This document shows positions 1-10,942 of a stretch of DNA of 64,000 nt, piece by piece. Below the pieces are notes generated by a model that saw only the letters and a program-made list of their open reading frames with translations, ran no database searches and had not been told where the DNA came from. The translations under genes were made by a program, and so were the position numbers. The DNA is taken from NCBI RefSeq assembly GCF_055900595.2, contig NZ_CM148325.1; one strand, given 5' to 3'. Each line of letters opens with the position of its first letter. Position 1 is the stretch's first letter.

Positions 1-270
1 ATCATGCATAATGAAATCGTCATGTTATTTGGCGATATAAAAAAGTCTTTGAAAATACTCTCTACAACAAGTGCAGTTATAAGCTTGTTGTGACTGAGCG
101 TCCTTGTGATTTAAAGATATTATCGTTCTTCATCAGATGTAATAACTCAGGAAATTATATTTTCAGGGTGACAGGCTAATCAAGAATGATTCTTTTTTAT
201 AAACAATAACCGAATGACTGAATTGTTATATTTCTTTATTCAGCTGCTTAAATATAAACTTTGGAGAATT

Positions 271-834
271 ATGAAACTCAAACATGTCGGAATGATTGTC
301 GTTTCTGTGTTGGCGATGTCTTCGGCTGCGGTTAACGCAGCCGAAGGTGATGAGTCAGTTGCGACCACCGTAAATGGCGGTGTTATTCATTTTAAAGGTG
401 AAGTGGTAAATGCCGCTTGTGCGATTGACTCAGAATCAATGAACCAAACGGTTGAGCTGGGTCAGGTCCGTTCTTCTCGCCTGGCTAAAGCGGGTGACCT
501 CAGTAGCGCTGTAGGCTTCAATATCAAGCTGAATGATTGTGATACCAATGTTTCCAGTAATGCGGCTGTTGCATTCCTTGGGACTACTGTCACCAGTAAT
601 GACGATACGTTGGCGCTTCAGAGTTCAGCAGCAGGCTCTGCCCAGAATGTCGGTATCCAAATTTTGGACCGTACGGGGGAGGTATTAATACTGGATGGGG
701 CAACTTTTAGCGCTAAAACTGACTTGATTGATGGCACGAATATACTGCCATTCCAGGCTCGTTATATTGCCCTCGGGCAGTCAGTGGCCGGTACTGCAAA
801 TGCAGATGCGACCTTCAAAGTCCAATACCTATAA
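271..834 (+). CDS. Fimbrial major subunit of an F9/Fml-type chaperone-usher pilus
   Basis: ORF 214-834; preferred ATG at 271 follows GGAG and gives signal peptide [23 protein letters not shown]; fimbrin-like size and C-terminal aromatic-rich strand; first gene of a six-gene fimbrial cluster. Confidence 0.8.
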   Translation: MKLKHVGMIVVSVLAMSSAAVNAAEGDESVATTVNGGVIHFKGEVVNAACAIDSESMNQTVELGQVRSSRLAKAGDLSSAVGFNIKLNDCDTNVSSNAAVAFLGTTVTSNDDTLALQSSAAGSAQNVGIQILDRTGEVLILDGATFSAKTDLIDGTNILPFQARYIALGQSVAGTANADATFKVQYL

Positions 835-1194
835 TTCAGTATTCAGGTGGCTATACGTCATCTGAAATTAAAACAGGGTGTGTGTGGCATGGCTACTCAC
901 ACCCGAAAAAATTCATCAATATTTATCTCATTATTACTAAGGAATGACTTATATTTTGGAACGATATGAAAAAATCATAGAGTATCTAAACGATTAATAA
1001 ACAAGACAGTTAAATTTACTGTGATTTTAAAAATCACTTTGAAGACAATTTTTATTTCAATAGAGAACCAAATTTTATTACCAGCGCATTAAGTCTGGAA
1101 ACCCGGCCATCCGCCATAGCATTAGCAATATTTACCATTTTCTGATGTGACGGTTTCCCCCGCTTAGCCTATCAACACATGGAGAACACATCAG

Positions 1195-1905
1195 ATGCAG
1201 ACGACTCGTACGCCCTACTCTGTTTCTTTTATGGCGACAGTATTACTTTCATTGATCTTTCTTTGCCATAGTACCATTGCCAATGCAGCGGTAGCTCTAG
1301 GTGCAACTCGTGTAATCTTTCCAGCAAATCAGAAACAGGTTCTATTGCCTGTCACGAATAATGATCCTGCCAGTGTCTATCTTATTCAGTCATGGATAGA
1401 AAATGCGGGTGACCAAAAAGATACCCAGTTTGTCATTACCCCACCGCTTTTTTCGATGCAAGGCAAAAAAGAGAATACGCTGCGGATTATCAACGCCACT
1501 AATCATCAGTTACCGAGCGACCGGGAAAGCCTGTTTTGGGTAAATGTCAAAGCTATTCCTGCTATGGAAAAAGATCAGAAAAATGCAAATACATTACAGC
1601 TGGCAATTATTAGCCGCATAAAAATGTTCTATCGCCCAACGAATTTGGCAATGGCACCTGACCAAGCTCCGGAAATGCTTCGTTTCCGCCGCAGTGGTAG
1701 CAAACTGACACTTATTAATCCGACCCCCTACTTCATTACCGTAACGAATATGAAAGCAGGAAATAGCGATCTCCCAAACACCATGGTGCCTCCAAAAGGT
1801 GAGATTTCTGTGGATTTCCCTCACGGTGCATCCGGGGATATCAGCTTTCAGACGATCAATGATTACGGTGCATTAACACCGCGTATTAAGGCAACCATGC
1901 AGTAA
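1195..1905 (+). CDS. Periplasmic fimbrial chaperone (FimC/PapD-like)
   Basis: 236 aa ORF with signal peptide and a chaperone-like N-terminal domain (…RVIFPANQKQVLLPVTNND…); sits between subunit and usher genes. Confidence 0.85.
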   Translation: MQTTRTPYSVSFMATVLLSLIFLCHSTIANAAVALGATRVIFPANQKQVLLPVTNNDPASVYLIQSWIENAGDQKDTQFVITPPLFSMQGKKENTLRIINATNHQLPSDRESLFWVNVKAIPAMEKDQKNANTLQLAIISRIKMFYRPTNLAMAPDQAPEMLRFRRSGSKLTLINPTPYFITVTNMKAGNSDLPNTMVPPKGEISVDFPHGASGDISFQTINDYGALTPRIKATMQ

Positions 1906-1948
1906 CAACTGACCTAATTAATAAGCATAAACTCAATCGGAACTAATA

Positions 1949-4600
1949 ATGACAGCCTTTCGTGCCGCATTTAAGGCATATCGTATGCATCATGTGTTAC
2001 TACTGCCTCGCTTTGCACGGCTTACCTTTGCCCTTGGCTTAGCTACAGCGATTTTTCCCGTAGAAGCAGAGTATTATTTTAATCCACGGTTTTTAAGCAA
2101 TGATCTTGCTGAGTCTGTTGATTTATCTGCCTTTGCTAAGGGACGCGAGGCACCACCTGGTACATATCGGGTCGATATTTATTTGAACGACGAATTTATG
2201 ACCACTCGGGATGTTACTTTTGTTGCAGATGATAATAACGCAGATCTCACCCCATGTCTGAGTACAGACCTTCTTGTCAGTCTTGGCATAAAAAAATCAG
2301 CGTTATTAGCCAATAAGGGCCATTTGGCAGGAAAAAATGTGCCGGATAACAACGCATGTACACCACTTCAGGATCGTTTGGCCGACGCATCTACTGATTT
2401 TGATGTTGGTCAGCAACATCTGTCGCTCTCCGTTCCACAGATTTATGTCGGTAGAATGGCCCGTGGTTATGTCTCTCCTGACCTGTGGGAAGAAGGAATA
2501 AACGCAGGCCTACTGAACTATAGTTTTAATGGTAATTCTATCAACAATCGTAGTAACCATAACGCCAGCAAAACCAACTATGCATATCTGAATTTGCAGA
2601 GTGGCATAAACATTGGCAGCTGGCGACTACGTGATAACTCAACGTGGAGTTATAACAGTGGGAGTAACAACCCATCTGACAGCAATAAATGGCAACATAT
2701 CAATACGTCTGCTGAACGTGACATTATTCCCTTACGCTCACGGTTAACGGTGGGTGATAGTTATACCGATGGCGATATTTTTGAAAGTGTGAACTTTCGT
2801 GGCCTTAAAATAAACTCAACGGAAGCGATGTTGCCCGATAGCCAACATGGTTTTGCTCCGGTGATTCATGGTATAGCCCGTGGCACAGCCCAAGTCAGTG
2901 TTAAACAGAACGGATACGATGTTTATCAGACTACGGTCCCTCCCGGCCCGTTTACTATTGATGATATTAACTCTGCGGCTAATGGCGGTGATCTGCAAGT
3001 TACGATAAAAGAGGCAGACGGCAGTATTCAGACTTTATATGTCCCTTATTCATCTGTCCCGGTTCTCCAACGTGTTGGTTATACGCGTTATGCACTTGCC
3101 TTGGGAGAATATCGTAGTGGAAATAACCTGCAAAGCTCCCCAAAATTCATTCAGGGCAGCGTAATGCATGGTCTGGAGGGAAACTGGACACCTTATGGCG
3201 GGATGCAAATTGCAGAAGATTATCAAGCTTTCAACGTGGGTATTGGTAAAGATCTTGGCCTTTTAGGTGCCTTTTCTGTCGATATCACGCAAGCCAATAC
3301 GACACTTGCGGATGATACTCGTCACAGCGGACAATCGGTAAAATCTGTTTACAGTAAATCTTTCTATCAGACGGGAACGAATATCCAGGTCGCAGGATAT
3401 CGATATTCTACGCAAGGATTTTATAACTTATCTGACAGTGCATACAGTCGAATGAGTGGTTACACCGTCAAGCCTCCGACCGGAGACACCAATGAACAGA
3501 TACAATTTATTGATTATTTTAATCTGTACTATAGTAAGCGTGGTCAGGAACAAATAAGTATTTCTCAGCAGCTTGGAAATTACGGTACGACCTTTTTCAG
3601 TGCCAGTCGCCAAAGTTACTGGAACACGTCACGCAGCGATCAGCAAATATCATTCGGGTTAAATGTACCGTTTGGCGATATTACGACTTCGCTGAATTAC
3701 AGCTATTCCAGTAATATATGGCAAAACGATCGGGATCATTTACTCGCTTTTACACTTAATGTTCCCTTCAGTCATTGGATGCGTACAGACAGTCAGTCGG
3801 CATTTCGTAATTCAAACGCTAGTTATAGCATGTCAAACGATTTGAAAGGCGGTATGACCAATCTATCTGGGGTTTATGGCACACTGCTGCCGGATAATAA
3901 CCTGAATTATAGTGTTCAGGTCGGTAATACCCGCGGAGGTAATGCATCATCTGGCACCAGTGGTTACAGTTCTCTTAATTATCGAGGGGCTTACGGTAAT
4001 ACTAATGTCGGTTACAGTCGTAATGGAGATAGCAACCAGTTTTACTACGGAATGAGTGGTGGAATTATTGCTCATGCTGATGGTGTCACCTTTGGACAGC
4101 CGATGGGTGACACTATGGTTCTGGTTAAGGCTCCTGGCGCGGAGAATGTTAAAATAGAGAACCAGACAGGAATACATACAGACTGGCGTGGCTATGCAAT
4201 ATTACCATTTGCGACAGAATATAGAGAAAATCGTGTCGCTCTTAACGCTAATTCCCTTGCCGATAATGTTGAACTGGATGAAACCGTGGTTACGGTCATC
4301 CCTACTCATGGTGCTATTGCCAGAGCAACATTTAATGCACAAATCGGCGGTAAAGTATTAATGACTCTGAAATACGGCAATAAACCAGTTCCATTCGGTG
4401 CAATTGTGACTCACGGTGACAATAACAATGGCAGCATTGTTGCTGAAAATGGTCAGGTCTATCTGACAGGACTTCCACAATCAGGAAAATTACAGGTTTC
4501 ATGGGGCAACAATGCAAACGCTAAATGTATTGTTAATTACAAGCTTCCTGAAGTCTCTCCTGGGAACTTACTGAGTCAGCAAACAGCAGTCTGTCGCTAA
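1949..4600 (+). CDS. ydeT: Fimbrial outer-membrane usher (FimD/PapC family), full length
   Basis: Uninterrupted 883 aa ORF of typical usher length; position matches ydeT, which I recall as truncated in K-12. Confidence 0.85.
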   Translation: MTAFRAAFKAYRMHHVLLLPRFARLTFALGLATAIFPVEAEYYFNPRFLSNDLAESVDLSAFAKGREAPPGTYRVDIYLNDEFMTTRDVTFVADDNNADLTPCLSTDLLVSLGIKKSALLANKGHLAGKNVPDNNACTPLQDRLADASTDFDVGQQHLSLSVPQIYVGRMARGYVSPDLWEEGINAGLLNYSFNGNSINNRSNHNASKTNYAYLNLQSGINIGSWRLRDNSTWSYNSGSNNPSDSNKWQHINTSAERDIIPLRSRLTVGDSYTDGDIFESVNFRGLKINSTEAMLPDSQHGFAPVIHGIARGTAQVSVKQNGYDVYQTTVPPGPFTIDDINSAANGGDLQVTIKEADGSIQTLYVPYSSVPVLQRVGYTRYALALGEYRSGNNLQSSPKFIQGSVMHGLEGNWTPYGGMQIAEDYQAFNVGIGKDLGLLGAFSVDITQANTTLADDTRHSGQSVKSVYSKSFYQTGTNIQVAGYRYSTQGFYNLSDSAYSRMSGYTVKPPTGDTNEQIQFIDYFNLYYSKRGQEQISISQQLGNYGTTFFSASRQSYWNTSRSDQQISFGLNVPFGDITTSLNYSYSSNIWQNDRDHLLAFTLNVPFSHWMRTDSQSAFRNSNASYSMSNDLKGGMTNLSGVYGTLLPDNNLNYSVQVGNTRGGNASSGTSGYSSLNYRGAYGNTNVGYSRNGDSNQFYYGMSGGIIAHADGVTFGQPMGDTMVLVKAPGAENVKIENQTGIHTDWRGYAILPFATEYRENRVALNANSLADNVELDETVVTVIPTHGAIARATFNAQIGGKVLMTLKYGNKPVPFGAIVTHGDNNNGSIVAENGQVYLTGLPQSGKLQVSWGNNANAKCIVNYKLPEVSPGNLLSQQTAVCR

Positions 4601-4613
4601 GGAACACTAGATT

Positions 4614-5144
4614 ATGAAACACAATAGCATTATTTTCCTCAGTTTATGTCTGGGGTTAACCACCTATTCTGCTTTATCTGCAGATAGCGTTATTAAAATT
4701 AGCGGGCGCGTCCTGGATTATGGCTGCACAGTTTCATCTGATTCGCTTAATTTTACCGTAGACCTACAAAAACACAGTGCCAGGCAATTCCCAACGACTG
4801 GAAGCACAAGTCCAACCGTTCCTTTCCAGATTACGTTAAGTGAATGTAGCAAAGGGACTACGGGGGTTCGGGTTGCATTTAGCGGGATAGAGGATTTAGA
4901 AAATAATACTCTGCTGAAACTGGATGAAGGAAGCAATTCTGCTTCCGGTTTGGGTATTGAAATTCTGGACGGAAATATGCGCCCAGTAAAAATAAATGAC
5001 CTTCATACCGGAATGCAGTGGATCCCTCTGACTCCTGATCAGGATAATATTTTGCCTTACTCGGCCCGTTTGAAGTCAACACAAAAGTCCGTCAATCCAG
5101 GACTGGTTAGCGCTTCGGCAACATTTACCCTTGAATTTCAATAA
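4614..5144 (+). CDS. ydeS: Fimbrial minor subunit
   Basis: 176 aa ORF with signal peptide and fimbrin-like Cys pair, immediately after the usher gene. Confidence 0.8.
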   Translation: MKHNSIIFLSLCLGLTTYSALSADSVIKISGRVLDYGCTVSSDSLNFTVDLQKHSARQFPTTGSTSPTVPFQITLSECSKGTTGVRVAFSGIEDLENNTLLKLDEGSNSASGLGIEILDGNMRPVKINDLHTGMQWIPLTPDQDNILPYSARLKSTQKSVNPGLVSASATFTLEFQ

Positions 5145-5156
5145 TCAGAGTCAGAT

Positions 5157-5660
5157 ATGAATAGAACTTTCCAAAGACTTCTGTTGGCTACGCTCTGTGC
5201 GCTATTTTCAGCAACGCTTCAGGCCGCTGATGTCACTATCACTGTTAATGGTCGGGTAGTTGCTAAACCCTGCACTATTCAAACCAAAGAGGCTAGCGTT
5301 AATCTCGGGGATCTTTATACACGCAATCTGCAACAACCTGGTTCTGCATCTGGCTGGCACAATATTACTTTATCATTAACCGATTGTCCGATTGAAACAA
5401 GTGCAGTGACGGCAATCGTAACAGGTTCAACTGACAATACGGGTTATTACAAAAATGAAGGTAGTGCAGAAAATATTCAAATAGAGCTGAGGGATGATCA
5501 GGAGGCGACGTTAAAAAGTGGCGATAGCAAAACGGTTATTGTTGATGAGATCACACGTAATGCACAGTTTCCACTTAAGGCAAGAGCTATCACGGTGAAT
5601 GGAAACGCAAGCCAGGGAACGATCGAGGCGCTAATCAATGTGATCTATACCTGGCAATAA
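5157..5660 (+). CDS. ydeR: Fimbrial minor subunit
   Basis: 167 aa ORF with signal peptide (…ATLQAADVT…) and fimbrin-like fold signature; 12 nt spacing from the upstream gene. Confidence 0.8.
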   Translation: MNRTFQRLLLATLCALFSATLQAADVTITVNGRVVAKPCTIQTKEASVNLGDLYTRNLQQPGSASGWHNITLSLTDCPIETSAVTAIVTGSTDNTGYYKNEGSAENIQIELRDDQEATLKSGDSKTVIVDEITRNAQFPLKARAITVNGNASQGTIEALINVIYTWQ

Positions 5661-5718
5661 CATCGATTCGATTTTATAAGCCTCTTTTTTAAATCAATTT
5701 TTAACCTAAGGATTTATC

Positions 5719-6633
5719 ATGGGAAAAAAAATTAGTATAAATGTCCTGTTCAGTATTTATTTTCTTTTGATGGCAGGTAAAGTCTTCGCCTTCAGTTGTA
5801 ATGTTGATGGTGGGTCAAGTATTGGCGCAGGTACAACTTCTGTGTATGTTAATCTCGATCCTGTCATTCAACCAGGTCAGAATCTGGTTGTAGATTTGTC
5901 TCAGCATATAAGTTGCTGGAATGATTACGGCGGCTGGTACGACACAGATCATATTAACTTAGTACAAGGCTCAGCTTTCGCAGGCTCCCTACAGTCATAT
6001 AAAGGATCGCTGTACTGGAATAATGTGACCTACCCCTTTCCGTTGACGACAAATACCAACGTGCTGGATATTGGTGATAAGACACCGATGCCCTTACCGT
6101 TAAAACTCTATATTACCCCTGTCGGGGCGGCCGGTGGCGTTGTCATAAACGCGGGAGAAGTTATTGCTCGCATTCATATGTATAAAATTGCAACGTTAGG
6201 AAGTGGAAATCCGCGTAACTTTACATGGAATATTATTTCAAATAACAGTGTTGTTATGCCAACGGGCGGCTGTACCGTTGATAGTCGTAATGTCACAGTG
6301 AGTCTCCCGGACTTTCCTGGAAGCGCAGAAATACCCCTGGGCGTATATTGCTCAAGTGAGCAAAAGCTCTCATTTTATCTTTCGGGCGCTACCACTGACA
6401 GTGCCCGACAAGTGTTTGCTAATACAGCACCTGACGCAACAAAAGCATCAGGAGTCGGTGTCTCCCTGATGCGTAATGGAAAAATACTGGCTACGGGAGA
6501 AAATGTCTCCCTGGGAACTGTAAATAAAAGCAAAGTACCCCTGGGCTTAAGTGCAACTTATGGACAGACCGGAAGCAAGGTCGCAGCTGGAGCAGTACAG
6601 TCAGTCATTGGCGTTACATTTATCTATGAATAA
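5719..6633 (+). CDS. ydeQ: FimH-like two-domain tip adhesin (FmlH/YdeQ-type)
   Basis: 304 aa ORF; N-terminal lectin-like domain and C-terminal pilin domain colinear with FimH as I recall it (…[20 protein letters not shown]…, …GVTFIYE C-terminus). Confidence 0.85.
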   Translation: MGKKISINVLFSIYFLLMAGKVFAFSCNVDGGSSIGAGTTSVYVNLDPVIQPGQNLVVDLSQHISCWNDYGGWYDTDHINLVQGSAFAGSLQSYKGSLYWNNVTYPFPLTTNTNVLDIGDKTPMPLPLKLYITPVGAAGGVVINAGEVIARIHMYKIATLGSGNPRNFTWNIISNNSVVMPTGGCTVDSRNVTVSLPDFPGSAEIPLGVYCSSEQKLSFYLSGATTDSARQVFANTAPDATKASGVGVSLMRNGKILATGENVSLGTVNKSKVPLGLSATYGQTGSKVAAGAVQSVIGVTFIYE

Positions 6634-6715
6634 TTGTGATGTTGACCCTGTTATACTTTAGGTTGTGCTTTCCATTCACTAAAATTACGCGGATAATTCT
6701 TTCCTGAAAGAAATT

Positions 6716-6733
6716 ATCCTACACCTGTAAGAA
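6716..6733 (+). promoter_or_regulatory. Candidate EvgA box upstream of ydeP
   Basis: ATCCTACA-CC-TGTAAGAA, an 8-2-8 inverted repeat close to the EvgA consensus TTCYTACA-N2-TGTARGAA as I recall it; ydeP is an established EvgA target. Confidence 0.55.
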
Positions 6734-6981
6734 AATCCGCGCACAATTGAAGTCAGAGTCTTATTTTATATATTGAAAAGTATGTTAACTTAAAGACTAT
6801 GAGAGATGATGCTTAACTTATCGCATTTATACTATTCTGTTATGTGACGATAATGAGTTAAAAATAGAATGAGAGTAGCCCCCTACTCTCATATATCCAA
6901 ATGGCCGATAAACCCATTATATATACTGCGCATCATCGCTATTACAAATCCTAATAATTCATTTCCACACAGGATAAGCTG

Positions 6982-9261
6982 ATGAAGAAAAAAATTGAAT
7001 CCTACCAGGGAGCTGCCGGTGGTTGGGGGGCTGTCAAATCTGTAGCGAATGCAGTCCGTAAGCAGATGGATATACGCCAGGAAGTGATTGCCATGTTTGA
7101 CATGAATAAGCCAGAAGGCTTTGACTGTCCAGGATGTGCATGGCCAGATCCTAAGCACAGCGCGTCATTCGACATTTGTGAAAACGGCGCAAAAGCAATC
7201 GCCTGGGAAGTCACCGATAAGCAGGTGAATGCCTCTTTTTTCGCTGAGAATACGGTTCAATCATTACTTACCTGGGGAGATCACGAACTCGAGGCTGCGG
7301 GGCGTCTCACTCAACCTTTGAAATATGATGCCGTCAGCGACTGTTACCAGCCATTAAGCTGGCAACAAGCTTTCGACGAAATTGGCGCACGTCTTCAAAG
7401 TTATAGTGATCCAAATCAGGTTGAATTCTATACTTCGGGTCGCACTTCCAATGAAGCTGCCTTTCTTTATCAGCTTTTTGCCCGTGAATACGGTACCAAT
7501 AACTTTCCCGACTGCTCAAACATGTGCCATGAACCGACCAGCGTAGGTTTGGCTGCGAGTATCGGCGTGGGTAAAGGGACCGTGTTACTGGAAGACTTTG
7601 AGAAATGCGATTTAGTCATTTGCATTGGGCATAACCCTGGTACAAACCACCCTCGCATGCTGACTTCGTTGCGCGCTTTAGTGAAACGTGGAGCGAAAAT
7701 GATTGCCATCAATCCTCTGCAGGAGCGTGGCCTGGAGCGATTTACCGCACCACAGAACCCGTTTGAAATGCTGACGAACTCCGAGACTCAATTGGCTAGT
7801 GCTTACTATAATGTGCGCATTGGTGGCGATATGGCGTTGCTAAAGGGGATGATGCGCCTGTTAATTGAGCGCGATGATGCTGCAAGTGCTGCGGGTCGGC
7901 CCTCATTGCTGGATGACGAATTCATTCAAACGCATACCGTCGGCTTTGACGAGCTACGCCGTGACGTTCTCAATTCCGAGTGGAAAGATATCGAACGTAT
8001 TTCTGGACTAAGTCAGACACAAATCGCCGAACTTGCTGATGCATATGCCGCTGCCGAACGAACCATTATCTGTTACGGAATGGGGATCACTCAGCACGAA
8101 CATGGTACACAGAACGTACAGCAACTGATCAATCTGCTGTTGATGAAAGGTAACATTGGCAAGCCTGGTGCGGGTATCTGCCCACTACGTGGTCACTCTA
8201 ATGTACAGGGCGACCGAACCGTCGGTATCACCGAGAAACCGTCTGCAGAGTTTCTGGCTCGCCTGGGTGAGCGCTATGGCTTCACCCCACCTCATGCACC
8301 TGGACATGCTGCAATCGCCAGCATGCAAGCAATATGTACGGGGCAAGCTCGAGCATTGATCTGCATGGGGGGCAACTTTGCACTGGCAATGCCAGATCGG
8401 GAAGCGAGCGCTGTACCGTTAACGCAATTAGATCTGGCGGTACACGTTGCCACAAAGCTTAACCGCTCCCATCTGCTGACCGCACGGCATAGCTATATCC
8501 TGCCGGTTCTGGGACGTAGCGAGATTGACATGCAAAAAAGCGGTGCGCAGGCGGTAACCGTTGAGGATTCAATGTCAATGATTCATGCCTCGCGTGGCGT
8601 GTTAAAACCCGCAGGTGTCATGCTGAAATCAGAGTGTGCTGTGGTCGCGGGAATCGCGCAGGCAGCGCTCCCTCAGAGCGTGGTGGCCTGGGAGCATCTG
8701 GTGGAAGATTATGATCGCATTCGCAATGACATTGAAGCTGTGCTGCCAGAGTTCGCCGACTATAACCAGCGCATCCGCCATCCTGGTGGTTTTCACCTGA
8801 TAAACGCAGCTGCTGAAAGGCGCTGGCTGACGCCGTCAGGTAAGGCTAATTTTATTACCTGTAAAGGGTTGTTAGAAGATCCCTCTTCGGCGTTTAACAG
8901 TAAGCTGGTCATGGCGACAGTGCGCAGTCACGATCAGTACAATACGACGATTTATGGTATGGATGACCGCTATCGAGGGGTATTCGGTCAACGAGATGTG
9001 GTCTTCATGAGTGCTAAACAAGCTAAAGTTTGCGGTGTAAAAAACGGCGAAAGAGTTAATCTTATTGCGCTTACGCCAGACGGTAAGCGCAGCTCACGCC
9101 GCATGGATAGATTAAAAGTGGTCATTTACCCCATGGCTGACCGCTCACTGGTGACCTATTTTCCAGAATCGAATCACATGCTAACACTTGATAACCACGA
9201 TCCATTAAGTGGCATTCCTGGCTATAAAAGTATTCCGGTTGAATTAGAACCATCAAATTAA
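6982..9261 (+). CDS. ydeP: Molybdopterin oxidoreductase, FdhF-like, acid-resistance associated
   Basis: 759 aa ORF beginning [21 protein letters not shown]…, recognised as YdeP; N-terminal Cys cluster (CPGC…C). Confidence 0.9.
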   Translation: MKKKIESYQGAAGGWGAVKSVANAVRKQMDIRQEVIAMFDMNKPEGFDCPGCAWPDPKHSASFDICENGAKAIAWEVTDKQVNASFFAENTVQSLLTWGDHELEAAGRLTQPLKYDAVSDCYQPLSWQQAFDEIGARLQSYSDPNQVEFYTSGRTSNEAAFLYQLFAREYGTNNFPDCSNMCHEPTSVGLAASIGVGKGTVLLEDFEKCDLVICIGHNPGTNHPRMLTSLRALVKRGAKMIAINPLQERGLERFTAPQNPFEMLTNSETQLASAYYNVRIGGDMALLKGMMRLLIERDDAASAAGRPSLLDDEFIQTHTVGFDELRRDVLNSEWKDIERISGLSQTQIAELADAYAAAERTIICYGMGITQHEHGTQNVQQLINLLLMKGNIGKPGAGICPLRGHSNVQGDRTVGITEKPSAEFLARLGERYGFTPPHAPGHAAIASMQAICTGQARALICMGGNFALAMPDREASAVPLTQLDLAVHVATKLNRSHLLTARHSYILPVLGRSEIDMQKSGAQAVTVEDSMSMIHASRGVLKPAGVMLKSECAVVAGIAQAALPQSVVAWEHLVEDYDRIRNDIEAVLPEFADYNQRIRHPGGFHLINAAAERRWLTPSGKANFITCKGLLEDPSSAFNSKLVMATVRSHDQYNTTIYGMDDRYRGVFGQRDVVFMSAKQAKVCGVKNGERVNLIALTPDGKRSSRRMDRLKVVIYPMADRSLVTYFPESNHMLTLDNHDPLSGIPGYKSIPVELEPSN

Positions 9262-9274
9262 TTCGCCTCCTCAT

Positions 9275-9310
9275 TTCTTCTGCTGTCATCCGCACAGCAG
9301 AAGAATTCCT
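9275..9310 (+). terminator. Rho-independent terminator after ydeP
   Basis: Perfect 12-bp stem TTCTTCTGCTGT / ACAGCAGAAGAA with 7-nt loop, followed by a T-rich stretch. Confidence 0.6.
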
Positions 9311-9379
9311 CATTGACCATTGTCGCGCAATTTACTCACATGTGCTAAATTAAACTGCTCGCTATAAGATTTATACCTC

Positions 9380-9397
9380 CGCCTACAGCTGTAAGAA
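9380..9397 (+). promoter_or_regulatory. Candidate EvgA box upstream of safA-ydeO
   Basis: CGCCTACA-GC-TGTAAGAA; shares the core CCTACA-NN-TGTAAGAAA-N-TCCGC with the ydeP upstream site; about 110 bp before the safA ATG. Confidence 0.55.
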
Positions 9398-9508
9398 ACT
9401 CCGCTCAGTACTGAAGCACCAGTCCTATTTCCTCTTTTTTCCAGCCTGTTATATTAAGCATACTGATTAACGATTTTTAACGTTATCCGCTAAATAAACA
9501 TATTTGAA

Positions 9509-9706
9509 ATGCATGCGACCACAGTGAAAAACAAAATCACGCAAAGAGACAACTATAAAGAAATCATGTCTGTAATTGTGGTTGTCTTATTACTGACACT
9601 TACGTTGATAGCCATTTTTTCGGCAATTGATCAGCTGGGTATTACAGAAATGGGTCGCATTGCAAGAGATCTTACACATTTCATTATCAATAGTTTGCAA
9701 GACTGA
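9509..9706 (+). CDS. safA: Small membrane protein SafA, two-component system connector
   Basis: 65 aa ORF MHATTVKNKITQRDNYKEIMSVIVVVLLLTL… with one transmembrane segment; directly upstream of ydeO. Confidence 0.85.
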   Translation: MHATTVKNKITQRDNYKEIMSVIVVVLLLTLTLIAIFSAIDQLGITEMGRIARDLTHFIINSLQD

Positions 9707-9780
9707 AAATAAACAGCAAATTATAAATATGAAATGTTAAAAAAGTATCGATAAAAACTTTATTGTTTTAAGGAGATAAA

Positions 9781-10542
9781 ATGTCGCTCGTTTGTTCTGT
9801 TATATTTATTCATCATGCCTTCAACGCTAACATTTTAGATAAAGATTACGCCTTCTCTGACGGCGAGATCTTGATGGTAGATAACGCTGTTCGTACGCAT
9901 TTTGAACCTTATGAGCGGCATTTTAAAGAAATCGGATTTAATGAAAATACCATTAAAAAATATCTACAATGCACTAACATCCAGACAGTGACGGTGCCTG
10001 TTCCTGCGAAGTTTTTACGTGCTTCAAATGTACCGACTGGATTGCTTAATGAAATGATTGCTTATCTCAACTCGGAAGAACGCAATCATCATAATTTTTC
10101 AGAACTTTTGCTTTTTTCTTGCCTGTCTATTTTTGCCGCATGCAAAGGTTTCATTACACTATTAACTAACGGTGTGCTATCCGTATCAGGGAAAGTGAGA
10201 AACATTGTCAATATGAAGCTGGCACACCCATGGAAACTAAAAGATATTTGTGATTGCCTGTATATTAGTGAAAGCCTGCTGAAGAAAAAACTAAAGCAAG
10301 AGCAAACGACATTCTCACAAATTCTTTTAGATGCCAGAATGCAACACGCAAAAAATTTGATACGCGTAGAAGGTTCAGTCAATAAAATTGCCGAAAAATG
10401 TGGTTATGCCAGTACATCTTATTTTATTTATGCTTTCCGCAAACATTTCGGCAACAGTCCAAAGAGAGTTTCAAAGGAGTACCGTTGTCAAAGGCACACG
10501 AATATGAACACGGGCAACACGATGAATGCTTTGGCTAATTGA
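9781..10542 (+). CDS. ydeO: AraC-family acid-resistance transcriptional regulator
   Basis: 253 aa ORF with C-terminal AraC-type helix-turn-helix (…KIAEKCGYASTSYFIYAFRKHFG…); AT-rich gene. Confidence 0.9.
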   Translation: MSLVCSVIFIHHAFNANILDKDYAFSDGEILMVDNAVRTHFEPYERHFKEIGFNENTIKKYLQCTNIQTVTVPVPAKFLRASNVPTGLLNEMIAYLNSEERNHHNFSELLLFSCLSIFAACKGFITLLTNGVLSVSGKVRNIVNMKLAHPWKLKDICDCLYISESLLKKKLKQEQTTFSQILLDARMQHAKNLIRVEGSVNKIAEKCGYASTSYFIYAFRKHFGNSPKRVSKEYRCQRHTNMNTGNTMNALAN

Positions 10543-10589
10543 TTATTCGCTCACGTATAGTCAACTACAAACGCTAAGTAAGAATTAAA

Positions 10590-10610
10590 GGGGCAGCTAT
10601 TACCTGCCCC
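10590..10610 (+). terminator. Hairpin after ydeO, possible terminator
   Basis: GGGGCAG-ctattac-CTGCCCC stem-loop; the U-tract is on the opposite-strand side, so function is uncertain. Confidence 0.35.
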
Positions 10611-10942
10611 AATCTGTCGTTACGAATTGTATTTCATGATGAGAATTAGTGATATACATCACAAATTTATGCATCTGAATAATCTGTTTCATATTTATTT
10701 ATGATCTCAATGCAATGAATTACAAAAAAAACACATAATACCATTTAATTTCAATCATTTAGTTATTTGGCATTGTGAATTTACCTAGCTCAACAGAAAG
10801 CAATGTCAACGCGTTATGGACTATTATTTCTCTTTTTTTAGCCAAATCTGCTATCTCTTTATGTGACTCACTTCACTTACATCATCTTATTTCTCTTCGT
10901 AAAATTACTTTGGAATTAAGTACAATAAGAAGAGGAACATTT

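Noticed and set aside
874-905. Hairpin GGGTGTG…CACACCC after the fimbrial major-subunit gene as a terminator
   Set aside because: The stem is good but is followed by an A-run rather than a U-tract on the coding strand; at most an attenuator or mRNA-stability structure.
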